This document shows, one piece after another, positions 55,414 through 63,209 of a DNA stretch of 64,000 nucleotides. Position 1 is the stretch's first letter. The number at the start of each line of letters is the position of its first letter. Source of the DNA: Pyrinomonadaceae bacterium (lineage in GTDB: Bacteria; Acidobacteriota; Blastocatellia; Pyrinomonadales; Pyrinomonadaceae); assembly GCA_035281525.1 (NCBI GenBank), contig DATEDU010000396.1, positions 2,660 through 66,659 on the forward strand, in the 5' to 3' direction. The notes under the pieces were generated by a model, which made no database searches, was not told the DNA's origin, and saw nothing but the letters and a program-made list of their open reading frames with translations. The translations under genes were made by a program, and so were the position numbers.

Positions 55414-56367
55414 ATGCTTGAATACGTCTCCTCCACTATTGAACACATCAAACGCGAACTGGGTAAGGTAATCGTCGGTCAGGATGCACCCATAGAGCAG
55501 ATGCTCGTGGCCCTCCTGGCAGAAGGTCACGCACTGATCGAAGGTGTCCCCGGCACAGCCAAGACACTTTGTGTCAAGACTCTGTCGCGCATCATCAATG
55601 CCGAGTTTGGCCGCATCCAATTCACGCCTGACTTGATGCCGTCTGACATTACCGGCACGAATATTTTCAATGTCGCGACTTCGACTTTCAGTCTGAGACA
55701 AGGACCAATCTTCACGGATATTCTGCTGGCTGATGAAATTAATCGTACTCCTCCAAAGACTCAGGCGGCGTTGCTCGAAGCAATGGAAGAACGTCAGGTG
55801 ACGATAGACGGTGAAGCCCATTCACTGTCGCCAATCTTCACAGTACTCGCGACGGAAAATCCGATCGAATATGAGGGCACATATCCTTTGCCCGAAGCGC
55901 AGCTCGATCGGTTTCTGCTAAAAATCCTGCTCGGCTATCCGGAAGAAGCTCAGGAGCAACAAGTGGTGGCAAACTGGGACGCCGGTTTCAACTCCAGAAG
56001 ATTGGACCAGGTTGACATCCGGCCTTTAACTGAGCCCGATGCTATTTCGCAGTGTCGACGCGAAGTGAATCAAGCAAAGATGGAGCCCGGCGTGCAGCGT
56101 TATGTCGTCGACATTGTTCGCCGCACCCGCACTCACCCTTTCGTTCACTACGGCGCAAGCCCGCGTGCGTCCGTCGCACTGCTTCTGTGCTCGAAGGCGC
56201 TGGCGGCGATCCGGTACCGCGAGTTTTCTACACCTGATGATGTTCGCGACATCGCTCGGCCCGTACTGAGGCATCGCTTGACGTTACGCGCGGAAGCCGA
56301 GCTGGATGGAGCAACACCTGATGCTGTGATTACGGATATTCTGCGGTCGGCTGAAGTTCCGCGTTGA
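55414..56367 (+). CDS. MoxR family AAA+ ATPase
   Basis: Walker [10 protein letters not shown], Walker [10 protein letters not shown], sensor region [24 protein letters not shown]. Confidence 0.9.
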   Translation: MLEYVSSTIEHIKRELGKVIVGQDAPIEQMLVALLAEGHALIEGVPGTAKTLCVKTLSRIINAEFGRIQFTPDLMPSDITGTNIFNVATSTFSLRQGPIFTDILLADEINRTPPKTQAALLEAMEERQVTIDGEAHSLSPIFTVLATENPIEYEGTYPLPEAQLDRFLLKILLGYPEEAQEQQVVANWDAGFNSRRLDQVDIRPLTEPDAISQCRREVNQAKMEPGVQRYVVDIVRRTRTHPFVHYGASPRASVALLLCSKALAAIRYREFSTPDDVRDIARPVLRHRLTLRAEAELDGATPDAVITDILRSAEVPR

Positions 56368-56385
56368 GTTTATGAGAACCTAGCC

Positions 56386-57705
56386 ATGCGGTTCGTCTTC
56401 AGCAAACTCTTTTACCTTCTAATTGCACTGGGATTCATTCCGTTAGCATTTTCGTGGAACCGCCCATGGCTGCGGTGGCTGGTGCTGGCTTACGATTTAG
56501 TTCTCCTGGTCGTCGCAGTCATTGACGCAAAGCGTAGTCGCTTGCCAACAGGCGTCAGGATTACGCGAGAGTTTGCCAGCCGCTTTGCCGTTGGTGCGGA
56601 GACCGAAGTACAAATCAAAGTTCAAAACGATCGACCTCAGCCTGTTTCATTGATCATCAAGGATGAATACCCCCCGCAGATGAAACTAACGGGAGTACGT
56701 GAGGCTCAGGTGCGTTTGGACGCACAGAGTTCGGTGAGCCTCGTTTATGGTTTGACTCCGCCAAAGCGAGGTCGGTTCGAGTTTGGACGAACGGCGGTTA
56801 GATTCCTCTCGCGGTTTAAGCTCGCCTGGAGTGAAACAAAAATCGAGAATCCTACGGCAGTTAAGGTTTATCCCAACATGCGTCGAGCGCGTGAGGCGGA
56901 GTTGAAGGCGCTAGGAGCGCGCTCATTGGTTGCTACTCATCGAAAGACCTCCTGGCGTGGTGAAGGTCGGGAGTTCGAGTCGTTGCGCGATTACGTGCGG
57001 GGCGATGAGTTGAGACACGTCTCGTGGACTGCGACAGCGCGTCGCGGCAAGTTAACGACCCGCCAGTATCAGATCGAACGGGACCAGACGATTCTGATCG
57101 TTTTGGATGCCGGACGTTTAATGACCGCCCGCATAGAACACGAGACTAAGTTGGATTCGGCGGTTCATGCTGCCTTGGCTTTGATGTCGGCGGCTGCTCG
57201 AGGCGGTGACAATTCCGGGCTGATGGTGTTCGGCCGCAGAATTCACAGTTATTTACCGCCGGGACGCGGGCACGATCACATGGAAGCGGCTCTGGAAGCT
57301 TTGCACGCGGTGGAGCCGGAAATGATCGAGCCGTCCTACTCTCGCGCTTTGGAATTTGTAGCCGCGAATAGCAAGCGAAGGTCACTGGTCGTGCTCCTCA
57401 CGGATCTGGTCGATGAAGAAGGTTCGAAAGAATTACTTGCGTCGTTGCAGTTGTTGCGCCCGCGTCATCTGCCTCTGGTTGTTACGATTGCCGATCGCGA
57501 TCTGAAGGCGGTCGTGCGCGATGCGCCGGCTACGGCAAGAGAACTTTTCACTCAGTCGGTGGCGGAAGAGATTATGTATTTGCGGGAGGCTGCGTTGCGC
57601 CTGGTTGAGTCGCAGGGTGGTTTGGCTTTGGACGTGACGGCCGCAGCCCTCGCCCCAGCACTGCTGGAGAAGTATCTTCACGTCAAGGAAAGGGGATTGT
57701 TATAA
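56386..57705 (+). CDS. DUF58 domain protein (vWA-like partner of MoxR)
   Basis: Two N-terminal TM helices. GEGREFESLRDYVRGDELRHVSW is the DUF58 signature. It is followed by a vWA-like ILIVLDAGRLM. Confidence 0.85.
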   Translation: MRFVFSKLFYLLIALGFIPLAFSWNRPWLRWLVLAYDLVLLVVAVIDAKRSRLPTGVRITREFASRFAVGAETEVQIKVQNDRPQPVSLIIKDEYPPQMKLTGVREAQVRLDAQSSVSLVYGLTPPKRGRFEFGRTAVRFLSRFKLAWSETKIENPTAVKVYPNMRRAREAELKALGARSLVATHRKTSWRGEGREFESLRDYVRGDELRHVSWTATARRGKLTTRQYQIERDQTILIVLDAGRLMTARIEHETKLDSAVHAALALMSAAARGGDNSGLMVFGRRIHSYLPPGRGHDHMEAALEALHAVEPEMIEPSYSRALEFVAANSKRRSLVVLLTDLVDEEGSKELLASLQLLRPRHLPLVVTIADRDLKAVVRDAPATARELFTQSVAEEIMYLREAALRLVESQGGLALDVTAAALAPALLEKYLHVKERGLL

Positions 57706-57707
57706 TT

Positions 57708-57741
57708 GGGCAACAGGGAAAACAGGGAAATAGGGGAACGG
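57708..57741. repeat. CAGGGAA/AGGGGAA tandem tract (left arm of an imperfect inverted repeat flanking the four-helix-bundle gene)
   Basis: gggcaacagggaaaacagggaaataggggaacgg. The core aataggggaa (57729-57738) is perfectly complementary to ttcccctatt (58185-58194). Confidence 0.7.
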
Positions 57742-57772
57742 TGACATTTTAAACCTCACACCTCAGAAAAGG

Positions 57773-58174
57773 GTGAACCTCATGAATGAGAAAAAACAGA
57801 TTCGCAGTTTCGAAGACCTATTGGTATGGCAAATGGGTATTGAACTCGTAAAACGCATTTACGTCGGGACGGCTTCAGGCCCGTTCAATAGAGACTTCGG
57901 ACTGCGAGACCAAATCCGACGCGCGTCAGTATCAATTCCCACTAATATTGCCGAGGGGTTTGAGCGCTTCTCCCGGAAGGAGTATTTGCAATTCTTAAAT
58001 ATTGCAAAAGGTTCTGCCGGAGAATTACGCAGCCTCCTTCGAGTAGCGATCGAGATCAACTATATTGAGTCCGCTGCTTACGACGAACTACGAGACCGTG
58101 TCACAAAACTAAGTGCATTCCTCTTTCAATCAAATGAAGAAAATCAGGCAGTCTCACGCAAACGCGTAAACTAG
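57773..58174 (+). CDS. Four-helix-bundle protein (23S rRNA intervening-sequence protein / Avd-like family)
   Basis: FEDLLVWQMGIELVKRIY...SVSIPTNIAEGFERFSRKEYLQFLNIAKGSAGELRSLL is the family signature. GTG at 57773, or ATG at 57782. Confidence 0.9.
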   Translation: MNLMNEKKQIRSFEDLLVWQMGIELVKRIYVGTASGPFNRDFGLRDQIRRASVSIPTNIAEGFERFSRKEYLQFLNIAKGSAGELRSLLRVAIEINYIESAAYDELRDRVTKLSAFLFQSNEENQAVSRKRVN

Positions 58175-58175
58175 A

Positions 58176-59168
58176 TTAAGGCTTTTCCCCTATTAACCTG
58201 TTCCCCTCTTCCCCTGTCTCTCGCCCGGCCAACAACAAATAGGAATACAGCGAGATCCCAGTGATTGCCGCAATGCTGTACTTGATCCGCCGATCAATCG
58301 GAGCCGGAGAAATAAATGCTTCGATGGTCGCAGCAATGACCAGCAGCACCGCAACCCCCACCATTAACCGCACGGCAGACTTGCCCCGTGTCTTCAATGC
58401 GTCGGCACGTGAAAGATCACCTGGCATCAACAGAGCACTGCCGATCAAAAGCCCGGCGCCTCCAGCCATGAAGATACAGGAGAGCTCAACCACACCGTGG
58501 CCCACGACGAACGTCATGAGATCGTTGCCGAAGCCGGCTCGATAGGTGAGAGCCACTACGGACGCGAGATTTGCTCCGTTGTACGCTAGGAAGAATAAGG
58601 TGCCGACGCCAAACATCGCTCCAAACGCAAAAGTATAGATCGTGACCTGAATGTTGTTGGTGACGATGAAGCTTGCGCCCAGTTGGTTCGCCTCGTTTAA
58701 ATTCTCCCACCAATGCGTTTTCGTTTCGATATAGACCTCACGAAATCCCGCGGGAACTCCGACCAGTTCTGAGAACTCCGGATCCAGTTGCGTGCCAACA
58801 AAGCCGATGACGCTAAACAGGGCAAAGACTGCAAACGCCAAAGCGGTATAGCGCCAGGTTTCGCGAAATGTTCGCGGAAACTCGCGAGCGAAAAAGTTTC
58901 TGATGCGTCGCGTTCCCTGGGCATCGGCGCGATAAATGCGGCCATGGGCACGAATGACGAGACTGTTCAGGTAATTGATGAGTCGTGGGTCGCGCGACTC
59001 AGCGCGCGCAATCGCAAGATCCGATGCTGTGCGCCGATAGATTCTACCCAGCTCGCGGACTTCCTCACGATGCAGGCGCCTGATCGAAGTTGTGTCGAGC
59101 AACGTCATCAAATCTTCCAGACGCTGCCAGGCATTCTTGCGATTGTTGATGAATTGATCGTGAGACAT
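58176..59168 (-). CDS. Stage II sporulation protein M-like (SpoIIM/DUF95) membrane protein
   Basis: ORF extends to 59189 (TTG); I prefer the ATG at 59168 (MSHDQFINNRK). NNIQVTIYTFAFGAMFGVGTLFFLAYNGANL is typical of the SpoIIM family. Six TM helices. Confidence 0.75.
   Translation of the reverse strand: MSHDQFINNRKNAWQRLEDLMTLLDTTSIRRLHREEVRELGRIYRRTASDLAIARAESRDPRLINYLNSLVIRAHGRIYRADAQGTRRIRNFFAREFPRTFRETWRYTALAFAVFALFSVIGFVGTQLDPEFSELVGVPAGFREVYIETKTHWWENLNEANQLGASFIVTNNIQVTIYTFAFGAMFGVGTLFFLAYNGANLASVVALTYRAGFGNDLMTFVVGHGVVELSCIFMAGGAGLLIGSALLMPGDLSRADALKTRGKSAVRLMVGVAVLLVIAATIEAFISPAPIDRRIKYSIAAITGISLYSYLLLAGRETGEEGNRLIGEKP
58185..58220. repeat. TTCCCCT/TTCCCCTG tandem tract (right arm)
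   Basis: ttcccctattaacctgttcccctcttcccctgtctc. It overlaps the last ~15 codons of the minus-strand gene 58176..59168. Confidence 0.7.
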
Positions 59169-59172
59169 AACA

Positions 59173-59355
59173 TCATTGGCGATTGCCAATTAAAACATTG
59201 CCGATTGCCAATTGCCGATTGCCGATTTAGGATTTCCCGCTACTCGAAACTATTTCGTCAAAGTATTTGAACCTGCGGATTGTCTTCAATTGGCAATCGG
59301 CAATTGGCAATTGGCAATGGAAACAATTGGCAATCGGCAATCGGCAATCGGCAAT
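59173..59355. repeat. Inverted repeat of CAATTGCC/GATTGCC units with ~60-nt loop
   Basis: Left arm cattggcgattgccaattaaaacattgccgattgccaattgccgattgccgatt pairs with right arm caattggcaatcggcaattggcaattggcaatggaaacaattggcaatcggcaatcggcaatcggcaatg. Confidence 0.9.
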
Positions 59356-60255
59356 GCCCTTATTGAGTGTGTACCAAACTTTAGCGAGGGCCGCAAGATT
59401 GATACTGTTGAGCGGCTCGTCGCCGCCATAGGCGCAGTCGAAACCGCGTGTGTCCTCGACACGCATGTCGATCCCGATCACAACCGCTCCGTGATTACTT
59501 TTGTAGCCGCGCCGTCAATGGCCGTCGAGGCATCTTTCCGGGCTGTGGCGCTCGCGGCCGAACTCATCGACATGCGCCAACATACGGGCCAGCATCCCCG
59601 GCTTGGCGCTACCGATGTGCTGCCGTTTGTTCCTGTGCGCGACGTGACCCTCGACGATTGTGCGGGCCTCGCGCATCAGGCAGGCGAACGGATCGCGCGC
59701 GAACTATCGATTCCAGTTTATTTTTATGAACGTGCTGCCGTCAGGGCTGATCGAGTAAACCTTGAAGACGTGCGTCGTGGCGGTCTCGAACTCTTGCGAG
59801 GCCAGATAGCGACTGAGCCCGCGCGCGCACCTGACGCGGGGCCACTCGTGGTCCACCCAACCGCCGGCGCCATTGCGGTTGGCGCTCGTCCATTTCTCAT
59901 TGCTTTCAATATGAATCTGACTTCTCGAGACCTCTCGATAGCTCGGCAGATCGCTCGTTCAGTACGCGCCCGTCATGGTGGTTTGCCTTTTGTTAAGGCG
60001 CTGGGCTTTGATTTGAGCAGCCGCGGTCTAGTTCAAGTTTCAATGAACCTGGTTAGCTACGAGCAGACTGGAATGAAGCAGGCCTACGCAGCAGTTCGGC
60101 GCGAGGCTGACAAGCTGGGAGTCGAGATAGCGGCGACTGAGATCGTGGGGCTTGTGCCTGAGAATGCCCTGGACAGGAGTGCGGAGTATTTTCAAAAGCT
60201 GGAACACTTCTCAGAGGAGAAGGTATTGGAAACGCGCCTGCGGATTTGTGAGTAA
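59317..60255 (+). CDS. Glutamate formimidoyltransferase (FtcD N-terminal domain family)
   Basis: ALIECVPNFSEGRKIDTVERLV is the family N-terminal signature. The only in-frame ATG just upstream is 59317, inside the repeat. The ORF track start at 59212 is repeat read-through. Confidence 0.8.
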   Translation: METIGNRQSAIGNALIECVPNFSEGRKIDTVERLVAAIGAVETACVLDTHVDPDHNRSVITFVAAPSMAVEASFRAVALAAELIDMRQHTGQHPRLGATDVLPFVPVRDVTLDDCAGLAHQAGERIARELSIPVYFYERAAVRADRVNLEDVRRGGLELLRGQIATEPARAPDAGPLVVHPTAGAIAVGARPFLIAFNMNLTSRDLSIARQIARSVRARHGGLPFVKALGFDLSSRGLVQVSMNLVSYEQTGMKQAYAAVRREADKLGVEIAATEIVGLVPENALDRSAEYFQKLEHFSEEKVLETRLRICE

Positions 60256-60257
60256 GG

Positions 60258-60360
60258 ATCTATCCACAGATTACACAGATTACTTAGAACAGTTAAGAAA
60301 TGATAGCCGCATTCAGCCAGCTGTTTTTTGGACTCTGTTTAATCTGTGTAATCTGCGGAT
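60258..60360. repeat. Inverted repeat of CACAGATTA(C) units (second copy of the 11098..11228 family)
   Basis: Left arm atctatccacagattacacagattac pairs with right arm aatctgtgtaatctgcggat. It lies between convergent stops at 60255 and 60360. Confidence 0.9.
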
Positions 60361-62117
60361 TATGTTGAACCCAATCTGATCATTGCAGCACGCAATCTCC
60401 TGTGTCTCTGCATTAACTTCAAATATCTACTCTCATCAGCGCCAGCTTTGGTGCGGATGATTTCAGCCAACATCTTTTTTTCCGCAACAGACCATCGGCC
60501 CAATTCAGGAACTAAACTCATCGCGACGGCAAAGTCGTTTAGCGCTGGCAGCTGAGCTTCGCGCCACTCAGATACGTCTGTCCCAAGCAGCCGAGCGATC
60601 GCGCGTACAGAGTCACTTCTAAATCTCGACGCGTCCCCATTAAAATGCTCCGCCATGTGACGCTGGACCGCTAAGCCAATGTTTCTCATTTGAAATCGGT
60701 CCCATTCGCCAGTTTGCGATCGTTCCAGTTCGAAGATCATCGAGCCTGCAGCAAGTTTCCGAAGCACAGTCTTTGGTGTTCGATACGCCGATTTGGCAGC
60801 GATTCTTTTCTCTTCCGACGCGGTCATTTGTAACAATTCCCGTCGCGTTGGCCTGAAACCAAGCTTCCGGTAAAACCAGAACGCCCCGGACTCGATCCCT
60901 TCTTCGTTCTGATACCCGATTTGATAAGGGTCGAGCACGAAGACTGTAACGCCCAGAAGATGTCGAAACACATTCAGCGTGCGCGCGTAAAGCCACGCCG
61001 TTTCACCATCTCGGAACGTGTAATAGAGGTTGAAACCGCTCTCCATTCGCTCAAATAGCGAGAGTCCTTCGAAGTAACCGACCGGGATTCCATTCTTGAA
61101 GATCATCGCAGCGTGGTAGGCGCGCAAAGGCAAGCGACGAGATGCAGGTAACGACGTGACGTAGATCTCCACACCGCGACCCAAACTCGCCTTGAGCACG
61201 CGCGCAGGATCTCCATGGGTGAAGCCATAGAGTTCACGATACCGCAGTGTTGATGTAGCTCGCGCGAGCTCCAAAATGGCTGCGCCTTGTCGAACAGGCA
61301 GTCTTATGATCTTGGGCGGCGACGCCTCGAGCTCTGATTGGAGCGATACCTCGCGACGCTGAATGAGAGGCCGGCGATGAAAGAAGATCTGACGCGCCGG
61401 CAATCTCATTCCCGTGCGGCTGAGCCTGAATGAAGGTGTCCAGCTGACGGACAGTTGCAGCGAATTGTACAGCTCAGCCTTTTCTTTGACGGAAAGCGGC
61501 AGGGAATCGAATCTATTCACGAGCCAGGCGATGGCTCTAACTCGACCTCTCGCAGCATCGAGCCACTGCTGATAAGGAATATTTGCTTCAACCAGCGCAT
61601 CTTCTTCAAAGAGCGGCATGAATCGCGGCCATGTTTCCGCAAGACGGTTCTCGTTTTCGAACCAATCCCAGTCGATCGATATTTGAGTTGGATATCGTTG
61701 AGCCAGCCAACGGACGATGTAGTAGTTAAGAGTATCCGTTACTGGTCGACCGACAACGCCGGAAACTTCTGCTTCATCCAAAGCCTCCAACTTCGCGCCC
61801 GCCTTTGCCAGACTCTCAACTCTTCCTGCGAAATTCGAAAGTTCTTCATCAACTATTTCCACAATGCGTGAGCTTTGTGGGTACGTGCGGAGGAAGAGCA
61901 GGATTTCGTGATAACGGACGAGCGTTTCGGCATCTCGGAATTTGTGCCGCTTGAGCCGCGTCAGCAGTTTTACAATCGTCTGATGTTGTCCGGGAGAGAA
62001 GTTGCGCTTGGCGTCGTCGAGTTGGTCCAGCAGGCGTTTGGTTTGATTTGCTGGCAAGATGGGGAACTCTTCTCGAGAAATCACAAATGTTTCCGGTGGA
62101 AGGTCGCGATCTTCCAC
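60360..62117 (-). CDS. Hypothetical 585-aa protein with a central GNAT-like segment
   Basis: FKNGIPVGYFEGLSLFERMESGFNLYYTF...GIESGAFWFYRKLGFRP resembles a GNAT acyl-CoA N-acyltransferase core; the rest is unrecognised. The start is either ATG 62117 (37-nt overlap) or GTG 62084 (GTGA overlap with the upstream stop). Confidence 0.7.
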   Translation of the reverse strand: MEDRDLPPETFVISREEFPILPANQTKRLLDQLDDAKRNFSPGQHQTIVKLLTRLKRHKFRDAETLVRYHEILLFLRTYPQSSRIVEIVDEELSNFAGRVESLAKAGAKLEALDEAEVSGVVGRPVTDTLNYYIVRWLAQRYPTQISIDWDWFENENRLAETWPRFMPLFEEDALVEANIPYQQWLDAARGRVRAIAWLVNRFDSLPLSVKEKAELYNSLQLSVSWTPSFRLSRTGMRLPARQIFFHRRPLIQRREVSLQSELEASPPKIIRLPVRQGAAILELARATSTLRYRELYGFTHGDPARVLKASLGRGVEIYVTSLPASRRLPLRAYHAAMIFKNGIPVGYFEGLSLFERMESGFNLYYTFRDGETAWLYARTLNVFRHLLGVTVFVLDPYQIGYQNEEGIESGAFWFYRKLGFRPTRRELLQMTASEEKRIAAKSAYRTPKTVLRKLAAGSMIFELERSQTGEWDRFQMRNIGLAVQRHMAEHFNGDASRFRSDSVRAIARLLGTDVSEWREAQLPALNDFAVAMSLVPELGRWSVAEKKMLAEIIRTKAGADESRYLKLMQRHRRLRAAMIRLGST

Positions 62118-63127
62118 GCATCAATAGCTTTCCAGGGCAACTCGCCAGTCGTGTAATGTCCACAGGGAAGCCAAACGACGTCGAATGGAAGATCATGCCG
62201 TCTCACTTCAGCGATCACGTCGCGAGTCAGATTAACTGGAAACGTCAGATCGTATCTGGCTGAAATGAATCTCATCGGCCGCGAACCCATGTCGAGCAAC
62301 TTTGGAATAAAGTGAGACGGACTAATCGGAGCCCAATACTCGCGCAAGTCGTCCAGACTTATGTGGTCGGCTAAGCCTTCGCGTACGTGCCTCGTCGACA
62401 AACCATGCCACGTAACGTCCGCGACGTAGCCTGACACATGATTGAACGTTCCGGCTACGATATCGCGGTCGTGCGCAAACGCTAAGAACGCGATGCACGA
62501 GCCAATGCTGCTGCCGAGAATGCCGATGCGCTCATACCCCGCAAGTTTGAGCCACCGAACGGCAGCGCGGGTGTCCAAAACGCCTTGGCGGAACGATTCA
62601 ATTGTGCGACCGATGTTAGGGCTAACCAAATGATCAGCGCGTTGAAGGTCTGACGGACGACGCTCCTGATGATATGGCAGTGTCAAACGCAACGCTGAAA
62701 TACCGATAAGGTTGAAAATCCGGCAAGCCTCGACGTGACTATCAGGCTGTGCATTCCACTGAGGCAGAACGACCACGGCTCGACGCGGTTGTTTACCGTT
62801 CTTCGGTTTCGCAGGAAAGAAACGCGCCCGGGCAATGTTGTTTACATCAGAGATCGTCTTTATCGCGCTGGTCCAAGTAAGCCGATCACCCTCGAGAGAG
62901 TAGTCGTCTATCTGCGGCAACGCATAAAACGCATCGCTATTCTTTAACGTTCGGCTGGCATGCTCGCGAAAAACAGTAGAGGGATCGTCACCGTTAACAT
63001 GGTCCACAATAAACGAGAGTCCCCAATCAAAGGGACGCACCAACCGGTCAGTATCTCGCTCGTAATACGAACGCTCACGCCGGTGCATATACTCTTTCCA
63101 AATCACTAACTTGTATCTCCCAGGCAA
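62081..63127 (-). CDS. Alpha/beta hydrolase fold protein
   Basis: Nucleophile elbow GILGSSIGS (GxSxG). Overall length and pattern are consistent with an alpha/beta hydrolase, possibly ABHD18/DUF2048-like (unverified). Confidence 0.7.
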   Translation of the reverse strand: MPGRYKLVIWKEYMHRRERSYYERDTDRLVRPFDWGLSFIVDHVNGDDPSTVFREHASRTLKNSDAFYALPQIDDYSLEGDRLTWTSAIKTISDVNNIARARFFPAKPKNGKQPRRAVVVLPQWNAQPDSHVEACRIFNLIGISALRLTLPYHQERRPSDLQRADHLVSPNIGRTIESFRQGVLDTRAAVRWLKLAGYERIGILGSSIGSCIAFLAFAHDRDIVAGTFNHVSGYVADVTWHGLSTRHVREGLADHISLDDLREYWAPISPSHFIPKLLDMGSRPMRFISARYDLTFPVNLTRDVIAEVRRHDLPFDVVWLPCGHYTTGELPWKAIDAWKIATFHRKHL

Positions 63128-63144
63128 TAGCTCAGCAAAGCTCT

Positions 63145-63184
63145 AATAAAAACAAGGGGTGAACATCGTATGATATTCACCCCT
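63145..63184 (-). terminator. Rho-independent terminator for the 63210.. gene
   Basis: On the minus strand: aggggtgaa-N12-ttcacccct followed by tgtttttatt. Confidence 0.7.
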
Positions 63185-63209
63185 GGACATGCTACCAGAA
63201 GCGGAGACG

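Noticed and set aside
59212-59316. N-terminal 35 codons of ORF 59212..60255
   Set aside because: This part is translation of the hairpin loop and arm (…LQLAIGNWQLA). The conserved formimidoyltransferase sequence begins just after the ATG at 59317.
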